Below, piece by piece: positions 1-15,181 of a stretch of 54,467 nt of DNA. The notes under the pieces were generated by a model, which was given only the letters and a program-made list of their open reading frames with translations, was not told the origin of the DNA and searched no databases. Position 1 is the stretch's first letter; each line of letters opens with the position of its first letter. The DNA lies in assembly GCA_026026165.1 (NCBI GenBank), contig JAPEUD010000074.1:62001-116467 (forward strand). The letters are read 5' to 3'. Both the position numbers and the translations under genes were made by a program. Source of the stretch: Sarea resinae (taxonomy: Eukaryota).

Positions 1-116
1 TCACATTCGTTGGTTGGCTCTCCAAATGCTCCAATATAGCTTTAATTCGTGATCTTCAGCTATATACCGTAAATACACAATGCAAAGCCATCCATCCCCA
101 TCCCCATTTGACCAGC

Positions 117-879
117 TTAACGGTATGACTTTTGGTATCTGGCGCGAGCTCCCGGACCACCTGCAAAAACTTTTGTTAGAGACTGCTTCTTCATGTAATC
201 TTCCAAAGATGTCGTTCTCACCAAACTTCTTCGGTTCGCAGCGACGGTTATCAGCAACTAATAGCGTTCGGTCGTATTGGACGAGGGCTTGCTTCAGTTG
301 GTTCTTGGAGTGTTCGTCAATGAACTTCTGGTAGTATGCGACGATGGACTTGGCGATGGCTTGTCGGATGGCGTAAACCTGCGAGGTATGACCACCTCCA
401 GAGACACGGACGCGGATGTCGACCATGGAAAATTTGTCCAGACCGAGGATGAGAAGAGGTTCGTAGACCTGCAAAAGTTGAGTCACCGGTCAGACACCGT
501 ATGAAGCGCGGAAGAAGAGCTCCGCAAAAGAAAAACGCGGGATGAGCGCTGCTTGAATTATGGCTGTCGTACCTTGAATCGGAGGATCTCAGGCTGAGTG
601 AGAGCAAGGGGCTTGCCGTTGACCTTGACCAGACCTTTACCCGCCTGTAAACCATGATATTAGCATTCGCTGAGGATATATTGAGCCTTATCGCCCGTCT
701 GGATCCGTACCTTGCAGTGAGCGACGGCCGTAGCTATTGATGAACATCCATTAGCATCCCAGTCACAGCAAACACGGCCTCGCATTCGATTAGGCCAAGC
801 AGCGCCCGGCTGAGTCCGTAGGAGTCGGCTTACCGGTCTTCTTCTTGCCGAAGCATTGGACACTCTGCGTAGAAGCCAT
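117..879 (-). CDS. RPS16: 40S ribosomal protein S16 (uS9), 5 exons
   Basis: Spliced read [33 protein letters not shown]...[20 protein letters not shown]...[25 protein letters not shown] introns. Confidence 0.96.
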
Positions 880-1227
880 GGTGGATGAAATGGCCTGCGG
901 CGAGCGGTCGTTCGTTGAGAAATCGTCAAGTGTCGTGGTGATGGTCGTCGTCGCGGGCGTCTTCAATCTTCCCTTTTCGCCAATTTCGATGTGCGCACTC
1001 GGTTGTCAGATTCGCTTATAATCTGCGCTAAGGGTTAAACCTCACTCAGCTAGGTAATTTAGCCGACTACCTTATCAATCGATCGCAGAGCCTCAGCTAA
1101 GAAATCTACTATGTACGAAGTACATACCGAGGCACCTCTCCTACCTCGTTTCTCAAGCTCAAAGCCCTTTCCGATATGGTAAAGTCGTGGGGTACCACCT
1201 GCTCAAGTGATAGTCTGCGTCTTCGCT

Positions 1228-2280
1228 ATGCTCCTCGCCTTTGGCTCAAATGGCGCTGGACAGCTAGGATTGGGCCATCGAGATGATACATCATTTCCCA
1301 CTCCCAGTACTCTGGCGTCCGTTGAGGATGCGGGACCGCCAACTATAATAGCGGCTGGAGGGAATCATACATTAGTCCTTTTTCCGTCCGGCGCGCTGTT
1401 CGCCACTGGGGATAATGGCAATGGAAGGGTTGGCATCAGTCCCTCCGATCACTGCTTAACATCGTTCACAAGAGTTCAATTTCAGGATTTGGATGGAAAT
1501 GTTGTCAATCGATTCAAGCTATGCTCCGCCACATGGGAATCATCTACCTTCGTCACCTCAGATGATATAGTTTACACTTGTGGCTCAGGCTCCAAGGGAG
1601 AGTTGGGCCAAGGAGAAGGGATCATCCACTCTCCGGGTCCGCGTCCCCTCATTGGCTTTCCCCCCGCGGGGACCGAAATCGTAGACCTAGCTGCGTGCAT
1701 GGGCCATACTGTTGCGGTGCTTACGAACGGGGACGTATACGGCTGGGGAAATGGCCGTAAAGGCCAGCTTGGCTGCCCCAACGTGATTGTTTGGACTCCC
1801 CGACCCATATATGGCTTACAGTTCAAGGCCATGAAGGTGGCATGCGGACGAGAGTTCACTTTCATGGTAGGCAAGCCCGAAGACGGCCTATATGCTATTC
1901 TTGGTGCGGATAAATGGGGCGTGAAATCTGCCGCTCCCACGACAGTATCGGGTTGGAAGGATATAGGCGCCAGCTGGGGCAGCATCTTCATGCTCTCGGC
2001 GTCTGGTACACTAACTTCGTGGGGAAGGGATGATCATGGCCAACGGGCTCCGAAAGGCCTACCAAAGTTGCATCAAATAGCGGTTGGTAGCGAGCATATC
2101 CTCGCACTCAGTCATGATGGAAGGCTTCTGGCTTGGGGCTGGGGCGAGCATGGTAATTGTGGGCCCGGATTTTCCGATGCCGCAGACCTAAAACTCCCTT
2201 GGAATCTGATTACGATTTCTGAACGCAACGCAATTTTTATTGGCGCAGGCTGTGCAACAAGTTGGATATGGGCAAGCTGA
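1228..2280 (+). CDS. ATS1: RCC1-repeat protein, Ats1/Kti13 (alpha-tubulin suppressor)-like
   Basis: MLLAFGSNGAGQLGLG start; repeated RCC1 motifs (GGNHT, GWGNGRKGQLG, GSEHILAL, AWGWGEHGNCG, GAGCATSW); single exon. Confidence 0.8.
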   Translation: MLLAFGSNGAGQLGLGHRDDTSFPTPSTLASVEDAGPPTIIAAGGNHTLVLFPSGALFATGDNGNGRVGISPSDHCLTSFTRVQFQDLDGNVVNRFKLCSATWESSTFVTSDDIVYTCGSGSKGELGQGEGIIHSPGPRPLIGFPPAGTEIVDLAACMGHTVAVLTNGDVYGWGNGRKGQLGCPNVIVWTPRPIYGLQFKAMKVACGREFTFMVGKPEDGLYAILGADKWGVKSAAPTTVSGWKDIGASWGSIFMLSASGTLTSWGRDDHGQRAPKGLPKLHQIAVGSEHILALSHDGRLLAWGWGEHGNCGPGFSDAADLKLPWNLITISERNAIFIGAGCATSWIWAS

Positions 2281-2647
2281 GTAAGGGGAGTTGTCGGCAC
2301 TGTCTCTAAGTATCATACATACCGATGCACTTATGGATGAACTTGGATGCTCTATGTCGTTGCTCAAACTTCACACCATTTTCAGACTATACCAAGCCGA
2401 ATATTGGGATCTTCACTTCCACAAGCACATCATGCATCAGGTCGCCATCGAAGTAATGCTCGAGTGGGTAGTCTTCAGCAGCGTGTCTTATGAGCGTTTT
2501 AAAGGTCGAAGCAAGCGACCTTGCCGGAGTAGAATTTGGCCAGTTCATTGCGTGGCTTCTTATCAATGGTATGCCACGACCGTAGGTCTGCAGCAGATGA
2601 CATAGGATATGCTTGGAGATCGCTTGATCGCCCTTTACATTGCCAGC

Positions 2648-4330
2648 CTAGTCGTCGAACAAACCACGAATCTATATCTAGTAAGTACCTGTCAGGATGG
2701 TATTGAGATGTCAACTTACCTCTGAAACCTGCTGCGTAGGCGCAATTCGCATTTCGGCATCTTGTTCATCAGATGTTTCTCTTCGGGCTCTCGGTTGCGT
2801 CTGGGTATCCTGAAAACTTCTTTCATGCCTCCTCGTTGCATCCTGGATTTATATGTAAGCCAGATGTTGTCTGATTGCAAGCCTATCCTTACATTATCTG
2901 CACTCGCATCCCAGCCAATAACATCTTCATTCTCAACGTCATAGCGAGTGTCGTCCCACCTGTTATCGTCATCATCTTCGGAAAGGAAAAGGCTTTCGGG
3001 ATCGAGGCTTGGTTTAGGGGGTGGAGGTGAGGGTCCTGGTAGTCTGCTGTGTGCAGTCCCATTCGTGAAATTTCGAGATTCCGGCAAAGGCGGGGGAGGC
3101 ATGTTACATGAGCTTCGCATATTTCCCTGGTCATGTAGAGAGCCTCGGGCTTGCCTTGTGGCAGATCTAGTGGAGGTCCCTCTTGCGACTGTTGGGCCGG
3201 ATACAGCAGGACCGCCTCGAGGGTCGACAGCTGTCATCAGCGTGAACTCGCATAGTATACCTTCGCCGCTGTAGACGAATTGGAGAGGCCGGCCAGCCTG
3301 AGAGTAAAGAGCTGATACATCAGCCCTTAGGGTATCAGCATGGGTGACGACTGCTTTAAAATCTTTGACACTGATAACGACGTGCAACTTTTCCTCAACT
3401 GAGAATTCCGAAAATTCCAAGACGTCAATGGCTACTGATGTGTGCAATGGCTGTTTCAGGATCTCTTAGGGTGCATGATTAGCCCTCTGAGTATGATCCG
3501 CACAGAAGGGGGAGAGCAGGCTGTACCTTTTCCGTCCATTATCTTCTCCGTGTAACTGGTAAATGTCACTCGCCCGTCGTCAGAATAGATATCTAATTGT
3601 TCGGTCTTCGGCCCAAAATGCTCAATGAATTCTCTGAGCAGTCTGGAATGAATCTTCCACCGGTTCATGGCCGACTCTCTGTTGAACAAAGCATGCATAG
3701 TCTCGATTGCTTCATATGTCAGTTTATAAGTCTTAATAACCCCTAGGTAATGAAGTTTCTTAGCCTTGCGGATAGTTACAGTGCCGAACAATGAGTCTGG
3801 AGGCACGAACCGTGTCTACATATCATCTTTACGATGAGTCGACAATCAGCTCTCTCGGGCCGATCCTGTAGGCTAATTTCGCATTTTTCGACAGCAGTTT
3901 CTCTTTCTTTTGCGTCGCCCACTCGTGCCTTGAATAGAGAAAGTAGCGCCTAGACCCGCTTCGATCAGAGATGGCCAAGAACTTCAGATTCGACTGACCT
4001 TGTTGTATATCTGACAAGTGAAACGGCCCCCTTCCACTCCATTGCTTTGCCGACTGCTTGATAGAGAAGGGGAGAAATGATATTGAGATATAAACTTCAC
4101 AGTGTCCAAAGAGAACGAAGCGTATGCAGACTTGGTGGAATTCAAGGCTGTCAACACCAGCTATTCCGTACAAACACATCAGTACACGAACGCATCGCTC
4201 GAGAGCTGACACCAACTTTATTTCGACGAGCCTCAATTGAAACCGACTCGCTGAATTTCCCCAGGCAAATAATTGCATCGTGAAGACGAAGGATCGCCTC
4301 AGGCGTGAGAGTGAAACTCAAGACAGTCAT
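2648..4330 (-). CDS. rad9: 9-1-1 checkpoint clamp subunit Rad9 (S. pombe-type), multi-exon
   Basis: MTVLSFTLTPEAILRLHDAIICLGKFSESVSIEA; LTALNSTKSAYASF; CRHGVIKTYKLTY; KDFKAVVTHAD; YSQAGRPLQF; acidic tail ending IAPTQ...IRGLFDD*. Confidence 0.9.
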
Positions 4331-4617
4331 CGTTCAAATCGATGCTTCTCGATACAGGTATCACCATAGCCTTTTCATACATCTGAATTTGATCCATTGC
4401 AGGAAGACGTGTTCTTTCGCGCGTTGTCGCGTATAAGTAGCTACCTACCTACCTACCGTAGGTAGCTACAGCTTCATACCTAGCTTCGTAGACTCCGTCT
4501 GTATACGTGCCTCCCTTGTACTTACTTATTATTGCTCAGGGCAAGATCAACGTCGCAGCAAGCATCAGTTATTTAGGAGTCTTCAAGCCTCTGGGATTGA
4601 CCTTTTGAGCCTCCATA

Positions 4618-6596
4618 ATGGCTGTGGATATTCCAGATGATATATTCCATCTCGTTTGCGGGGCATTGTGGCAAGAGCGTGACTTCAACACTTTGTTTAA
4701 TTGTGCCCAGTCGAGTAGACGACTTGCACCCCCAGCACTAGCAAACCTCTACCGGTGAGAACCCCATCTCCAGGAGAAGGTCCTCTTTTCTTCGGTAGCT
4801 TTGTTTTGACCCGAATGAAGAATGCACAATGTAGCATCCATTACGTCGGCAGGCGGTGATGAAGGCAGGTACAATGTTGACCCCTCCGGAAGGAAATGGG
4901 CCCTGCTATGGCGATCGATCATACTTTCGACCATGGACAAGACTTTATTCCCTTATTGTCGATACATGAGGGCCCTGGATTTACGTGACTTGGCCTATTT
5001 CTTCGAGGATGATAAATGCCGTGGAAAAGCTCATAGGTATGCTCTTCGCTCTACATCTTACATGCTGACCATATCTAGGGACTTTTTCGCGGGAGATCTT
5101 GCACGTTTCTACATGGAAAAGGACACTCCAAAAAAGCCCAAAGGAAGATCCAAAAACTTTCGTCGGCTCGATGTTGCTTCTGTGGTAGACTCCATTGGTG
5201 AATGTTAGAGCTATCCCTTTGGCACTCGTTCGGAGTTCATATCTCACAAGTTCCGTGTAGTTGTGACCCAACACACGCCAATGTTAGAAGAGCTGTCTGG
5301 GCACAGTAAATATCCCGCAGGTCTCACTATCTCCGTTCTTAGCTGATTGCTTTCAGTATTGCCGGGCTCTCTTCCTCGCTGGGCATCAAGGCTCCCTCGC
5401 CTACGGTCACTGGTGCTGTGGGCGGGAGCAGCTTTGGTGGAAGGCACTGAAGATTCGATACATGCGTATTGTCCATCTTTCAATGCAGTCACCATCTATG
5501 AATGGTAGGTACAGCCTGACTCTAAGCTCTACATCTACGCTAGAAATGCTCCAATTAATCTTTCATAGGGTTGAGGAAGGAGTTGATGATAGACTTGCAA
5601 CATTCCTCAATGGCCTTCGCCCTCAAACTTTGGAATACTTTGAGACCATTAGCCTTATTGACATAGGGCCACAGTCCTTTCTTGCATTCAGCTCTCATCA
5701 CAAATCATTGAAGGAGCTGAATTTATCAAGTCTAGCGAACGAGGCAGTCTTGGCTCTGCCAATGCTAAAGGGTTGTAGTTCGATCGAGACGCTGACTCTC
5801 GAGGATCGCTTCGGTACTGTGGATCTTGAAGCTACTCATAATGAAGTATTCCTTGAGGTCATTGCTTGGCTCCGGACCTGCAGCAATCTCATGGATCTGA
5901 CCATCAGGGATTTCGTGAATGGCCCGGCCATTGTGACCCCTTTGCTGCTTGAAAACAATACACACCTGCAAAGCTTGGATGTGGAGGGATACTCTATGCG
6001 AGACAATCGGGACTTCCATCAAGCTCTAGGTCAGCAAACGTCACTCGAGAGCGTCATTCTCAAAGGTGACGGCGAAGACGTATTTCGGGATGATTTGGAT
6101 GCTCTAGTAGACTCCCTATCAAGACTAAGCAATCTTCGAACTCTGCGACTACTTGAGCTGTGTGATTATTTCAAGGATGAGCACATTTGCAAGCTCGCGC
6201 AGCACTTGAGCTGTTTAGAGGAATTATGGACCGGGGGCTTAGAAATCACTGACGCCATTTGGAGAGACGTTGGCCGTCTCCGGAATTTGCGAAACCTCAC
6301 ATTCAGTGCCATGACTAGCTTCACTATGGATAGTCTACTCGACTTCATATCTTACCTGGGTCCTGGCAATACCGGCTTCGTCCTATCCGTTGAGAGTGCT
6401 TCGCCCGAGAGTAAGCTTACTGAAGATGAAATGGCTATCATTTCAGAGACGATCAGTGCCAAGGTGAAGGGGGAATTTATTTACGTTCTGTATAGAGGTA
6501 GAAGAGCTCTCCAGATGTCTATACTTTCTTTGGTATCAACAGCTAAAATTGCCCACAGATCCTGACGTCTCGGAGTTTGAGGGGGAATCGGATTGA
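4618..6596 (+). CDS. F-box-like N-terminus / RNI-like leucine-rich-repeat protein, multi-exon
   Basis: MAVDIPDDIFHLVC...TLFNCA N-terminus; LxxLxL repeats in the long 3' exon; last exon DPDVSEFEGESD*. Confidence 0.7.
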
Positions 6597-6753
6597 ACGT
6601 GTTGATTGGCCGTTATGAATTTTCACGCGACTTGTTGATCGCTCAGTCAATCCTTTGAAAGACATGCTTGTCTCGGAATAATGGTTCAACTGAGATAGGA
6701 ACAGTACTGAAAGTGCCAAATTACCTGTGTAGAATGTCGACTGATAAAGTCTT

Positions 6754-6775
6754 CCTCATGAGGTCCTCATGAGGT
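6754..6775. repeat. Tandem duplication of palindrome-containing 11-mer CCTCATGAGGT
   Basis: cctcatgaggt cctcatgaggt, read directly. Confidence 0.85.
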
Positions 6776-6954
6776 CGAAAAGGCGCGTAACTTGTAAATC
6801 AGGTCCTCCGAGTAATGTTCGTATTCGCTTGAATGACCCAATATACTATGTAGTTTCAAGCGAGTTCGCCATATATTCCTCGTCATAAAACATGAACAAC
6901 CAAGCTGGAGGATCCCGAAGCGCACAGGAAATGTTAGATTGATGACCGTGTAGG

Positions 6955-9115
6955 ATGGACGGCAAACGCATCCTCGTAATAGCTGGCTCTGATAGTTCTG
7001 GTGGCGCGTAAGTGTCAACGTGATCTGCTCGAATGGCATTCGGATGCTGATCACTCTTTTCAAGTGGTCTAGAAGCAGACCAGAAAGTGATCGCCGCACA
7101 TGGTTGTTATGCAATGACTGCGACCACGGCGTTAACCGCCCAAAATACGCAGGGGGTCTTTGGTATACACCATACGCCTCCTGATTTTGTCAACAAACAA
7201 ATTGATGCGTGTATTGAAGATGTTGGGGTGGATGTGGTCAAAACGGGTATGCGGTGTTGACAATCTTCTCTATTAGGTCCATCTTGCTTTCATTACATTT
7301 TTGCTTACCCTCGTCAATTCAAGGTATGCTTGCTTCTGCCGAGACTATTGAGGTAGTAGCCAGTGCTCTGGAGAGGCACGCGGTATCTTTGTCGGTCATT
7401 GATCCTGTAGGAATACTCTCCAACTCTGTAGAGCATGGTCCTGATGGCAGTAGGTCATGGTATCCACAAGCGGGACACAACTTCTTCCAAAAGATGCTGT
7501 TCGGAGCCTCCGCGAACGTGTTTTACCTCTGGCGACCGTTCTCACGCCAAACATCCCTGAAGCAATGCTACTTCTCCAGGACGCGGGAAGAGGCAAAGAG
7601 GATCCCAAGACCATGGACGATGTACTCAATATAGCCAAAGCTATACAGTCCCTTGGGCCAAAGTATGTCTTGCTAAAGGGAGGGCATTTGCCATTTACTC
7701 GAGATGGACGCGTTTCCAAACACGATGCTGAGAGAAATACTGTAATTGACATTCTTTACGGCGAAGGCCACACGACAATATTCGAAAATCCCTATCTGGC
7801 ATCTAAAAATACGCATGGGACGGGTTGCAGTCTTGCCTGTGAGCACCAGCCTAAAGCCCTTATTTGAAGGAAAGGATTTAACTTTGATGATGTAGCTGCC
7901 ATTGCATCAAATTTAGCTCTCGGACTAGGCCCTGTGAGAGCCGGTCGTGCTGCCTGCCGATATGTTGCAGCAGGTATCAGAACTAGCACAGACCTTGGGA
8001 AGGGTCATGGCCCGATAAATCATTTCCACTCTCTATATTCTCTACCCTTCACTCCGTGAGTATATTTCGTGTCTTAAAGCGCTGGTGGGAACTAATATGC
8101 CGGCAGTGGGCATTTCGTTGAATATTTGCTGGATCATCCAGATGTGGAAGAGCCTTGGCGACAGCATACTGAGCATGAATTCGTCAATCGTCTGGCTGAT
8201 GGTAGTCTTCCCCTGGAGTCATTCAAATACTATCTAATCCAGGATTATCTATACCTGGTCCGTGGTCATCTTCCCGCTTCTTAATACCGAAATAGTAATC
8301 GGAAAAGCAGGTTCAATTTGCACGGGCCAATGCACTTGCAGCATACAAGGGGAAGAATATGAAGGATATAACAATGGTGGGCATCTCCGATCTGTTCTCT
8401 ATATGCTAGTAGGAGCTTAAGTAACGAAAAGATAACCTCAGTCTTCTCAAATAGTCATGCATATTGACCGAGAAATGGCATTGCATGTAGACTATTGTAA
8501 AGAATTCGGCATCTCAAAACAGGAGCTTGAGAACCATGAAGAGAACCAAGGTGAGACCAGAGGTCTGTTTGCAATATCTGAAGCTCAATTTTGACATTTC
8601 GACAGCCTGTACCGCGTACACAAGGTGATTTCCTAGCTACTTTGGCTTTCGAACCTTAGCTGATGCAATTCCGATCAGATACATGCTGGATGTTGGACAG
8701 TCTGAGGATTGGTTGGCTCTCCAAGTCGCGTTGGCGCCATGTCTAATTGGCTACGCTGTTATTGCCAAACGTTTGCACGAGGACCCGTTGACCGTCAGGG
8801 AAGGGAATATTTACTGGAAGTGGATTGAAAATTACGTTGCGGAGGATTATACTCAAGCTGTTGAAGTTGGATCAGGTAAGTTCAATCTGTAGTGATCGAT
8901 ACTATCAGGCCATACCTAATCATTGTAGAATTGCTTGAACACTACGCCGTAAAGCAGTCTCCCAGCCGGATAGAGGAGCTTGTCAAGATCTTTATTCATG
9001 CTACGCGGGTATGATCCCATCTATATATCTACGCTGCCCTCCTAGCCCGATGCTAACTTTCTGGTACGAATAGATGGAAGCCGGCTTCTGGGATATGGGA
9101 TATGGAGAGAAATGA
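6955..9115 (+). CDS. THI20: Hydroxymethylpyrimidine(-phosphate) kinase fused to TenA/thiaminase II domain (Thi20/21-like), about 11 introns
   Basis: RILVIAGSDSSGGAGLEADQK; TALTAQNT; VKTGML; LTPNIPEA; LLKGGH; NTHGTGCSLA; GHGPINHFH; FKYYLIQDYLYL; LAPCLIGY; EAGFWDM. Confidence 0.9.
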
Positions 9116-9889
9116 AATCTCGACAAACATAGAGAAGAAATATTTACCACCCAGAGTCTTTTAAGACAGCTGCTTGATAAGAGAAATGAATTGTTATCCC
9201 TTCGGCATAAGGTGATATTTGGTAAATGTAACTTCAGTATTGATTGATGTTGCCACGGCCTGCAAAAGAAGACGGCAAATTATATTGTTCAATCAGCAAT
9301 CATTGTAGACAAATTGTAAAGCTCTAGAAAGCCTTGGATTAGAATAATATCTTTGACTAAGTACCATAAACATTTCTCTACTAAAGGCAATGAAGATTTC
9401 CTACCATGAGCGAGATAGGTGAGGACTTTCTAGGGGTAGTAGCTGACTAGTCCATAGAAATTTGCTAGGGGTTGAGATTTACGTCTGAAGTGGAGCCTTG
9501 CAGTTGGAAAGTTTTACCTTCTTCTTTTTCTGCTTCTCAGAGGTACCTTAGGTACCTCATGATGGTTGATTGGCTTATCTTAGCACCCAGGACCGAGATA
9601 TATGATTGGCTCGCTTGACCATGTTACCTAACATCTTTGTGAAATTTCAACCGTAGTCGCCTCCTGCTGCCTTTGATCTCAACATCACTTCCATAGACTT
9701 CACTTCTTTCATAAGTTCACCTCAACCTTCATTCTCTTCCACTCGCACTCTTGCCCGACAGCTCTCAACCTCCTCTCTTTGTGTGCGGCAGACGATCTTT
9801 ATTCAAGTCCATCACTTGTTTATCTTCTCATCGAGGCACGCATCGTTCTATTTCGCGACAATCTCATCACTTCTCTAAAAATCTAAAAC

Positions 9890-12472
<2,583 letters not shown>

Positions 12473-14430
12473 ATCAGTCTACCCCTCGTACGGCTCAATC
12501 CTTAGAAATTCTCTTGCTTCAGTTGCTCGGATTCGTCACGTAAGACTTTTACTGGACGTCTTTTCCTAAGTTGCCATTTCTTATGTTCTCTTCTCGGTTT
12601 GGGTCCCTCCCAGCGTTGCTCAACTATTTGAACGATCCATGCTAGGATGACATCGAGGTTGGAGTGGCGCTGTGGTTGTTTTCGACTCTTATTCCGGATG
12701 GTCAGCTGTTTTATTTACTTCATCATAGATGCCTTCCTAGGACTATAGATCTTCGAAATAATGCATTACTAAAATTGCTCAACGAATTCTATCCCATTTC
12801 ATGATACATGTCCAATCAGGATAGATATGTGGCACAACGGGTCGCATCCGGCTGCGGCATAATGCTCTCAGCGCTGTCAAGCTGAAGCTGACAATGGATA
12901 AGAAACGTGGAAAGGATCCATTTTGTGGCTGCATCAAAGCCGCCATCTATTCAGCCAGACCGCCTTTTGCATACGACGTCGGATGCTTCTTTCCAACGTT
13001 ACATTTAGCTGTCAATGGAAGTGCCGTAGAGTACATGTTCTTTTCAGCCACAAACCCTTCTTCGACTCGGCAATCTTCGGGCTCGCGGTGAGGATGGAGT
13101 AGTAGCACTGAAATGTAGGTACCTTAAGGTAGGCTGTGATCCTATACTTTTCTCCGTACCGCTTGCTCCGTGCTAAACAGGTACCCTACCTACCTTACCT
13201 ACCTCATAGTACCTATCTTACCTTAGGTACCTTACCTAACCAGGTACCTTAGCAGAGTACGAAGTACATACCTTACGCAGTACTCCGGTAGTATCAGCTT
13301 GGCTGGGCTGACTCGGGGTTCGCTCGGATAATCTTGCCGGGTCACTTCAGGCATGACGGCTCCCTCATGCGCGCTCAAGGGGTGCCCTGTAGAGTACAAA
13401 TCATTACGTCCTGACTACTCCGTCCTCGTCGCGTCTTGACTGTTTCAGGGCGGTAAATGCCTCGACCGAAAATAACCATGATTGCAATCCAGCTGCTGCA
13501 AGGAGACCAAAGCGAAAATGTACAGAGAGTCTGAGTACTATGGGGTACTCCATAGTAGTGGGTGAGTCGGCCGACGAAGCATCAGATGGCAGATGGCTGG
13601 TTGGAGCAGATGCAGATCCTTGACTAGAGAAGCAATGCGTAGCGACAGGATGCTGATCGTCATCAAGAATGATGAGGGTCCAAAGCGCGCAAGCGTCATG
13701 CTAGGCTACCGTTCTCCCCATCTCCATTCCCCCTCCTCCCCGTTTTTAACGACGTCAAAGGGGGGAGGAGAATAATCGAACGGGCCATGATGATTAACGA
13801 TGGGGAAAAGATGCGAGAAGATGAGAAAAACCTTAATTACAGACAAGCAAGCAGGGGCCTGAATGCATGGTCATGGTCTGTAGGGGACGCATTGCTGTTT
13901 GCGGCAAAGCCGATGGCTAGATACGGGTAATTGGCCGAACGCGCCGCGTGTTTAGGGAGCTCGCTCTAATGCTTTAGGCTGGAAAAAGTTGGGCTTCCAT
14001 GAGGATTCTCTGCTACTAACCCTGCACCTGAAGATCTTTGCTGCTCACGTACGACGAATGCATCTGCATGGCGGAAACCGCCTCCTCTCTTACCCTCTTT
14101 CTGCGAGTCTCTAACCTATTTCTACTCTTTGGTCTTCATTATTCGGTCATAACTCCAACCTCTCCTCATCTCAAGGACCGCCATGCTACTCCAAACCCTT
14201 CTAAAGCAAACAGCGGGATTCCCTGTCCCACTGATTGCGTTCCTAGACTGGTAATAAAGCGGAGAGCGCTCGGAGCGAGGAAATGATTCCGCCATCACAT
14301 GATCAGGAGCAGGCAGACCAGGGCAGACAACGATCTGGGAAATAGAGTAATGTCAAGGGAACATAATAATGTATCTAGCGGCAATTATGAGATGATGCAT
14401 ACCTGAGATTAATGCTGGTCCAACAAAGGC

Positions 14431-14457
14431 TGCCTGCCTGCCTGCCTGCCTGCCTGC
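14431..14457. repeat. (TGCC)n microsatellite
   Basis: tgcctgcctgcc..., read directly. Confidence 0.9.
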
Positions 14458-15159
14458 ATGCATGCAGCATTTAGGCCGACATGTCCGGACCCGTTCAACC
14501 ACCACAGCAATACTCCAACACGGACGAGGAAGTCGAGGGATGTCATCCACGTACGAAGTACGAGGTACAGTACCTCGGTACCTTCAGTATGTATGATGCA
14601 TCAAGGGGACCTCCACAACCTGGTTTGACCGCCGACCTTAGGGTTCCCATTAATGTCCAGGAAAAAGCCTGGGCAGTACGTATTGGGTCGGTCCCTACCA
14701 GTACGCCTGTCTTCCTACACAGTTCCTACCTTAGTAGGAAAATGGACCATGGAGTAAGGTTACAAGTAGGCATCGTCAAGCAGCCTAGCCACCGTTGTTG
14801 CTTACCTTAGTCCCCTTTCCCGTCTTTCGCCTCACGCAGACGCCCGACTGTCTGTCCCAAGATCAAGATCAGCTAGATAGGGCAGAACCGTGGACTTGGT
14901 ATCTCGAACGTCGCTAACAGCGCCACGAGGTAAGACCTTGTCACTTTGTCGTAGTCTGGAGATGGCGGATGCAACTAAGGTAGGGACGGTGTGCGATGGA
15001 CGGTTATGGCCTCAGGACGACCGGATTGCAGACGGTACGAAGTATAAACGAATCAGATAGCGATGGCAATAATGCTTCGTCAACATTGATATCAGTATCA
15101 ATTCAGGTCCACGACACACACAGTTATAAGTAGCGCCGAGGAGTAGCATCAGCTGTACA

Positions 15160-15181
15160 TATCATCATCATCATCATCATC
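15160..15181. repeat. (ATC)n microsatellite
   Basis: atcatcatcatc..., read directly. Confidence 0.9.

Noticed and set aside
6600..7070. TPP riboswitch expected near a thiamine gene
   Set aside because: A lone CTGAGA is present, but I found no CCTGAT...GGNTAAT.CC.GCG.AGG half.
13110..14600. CRISPR-like or MITE interpretation of the GTAC palindrome clusters
   Set aside because: Eukaryotic context, no constant-length repeat-spacer periodicity, no terminal inverted repeats with target-site duplication, and no transposase or cas ORF.
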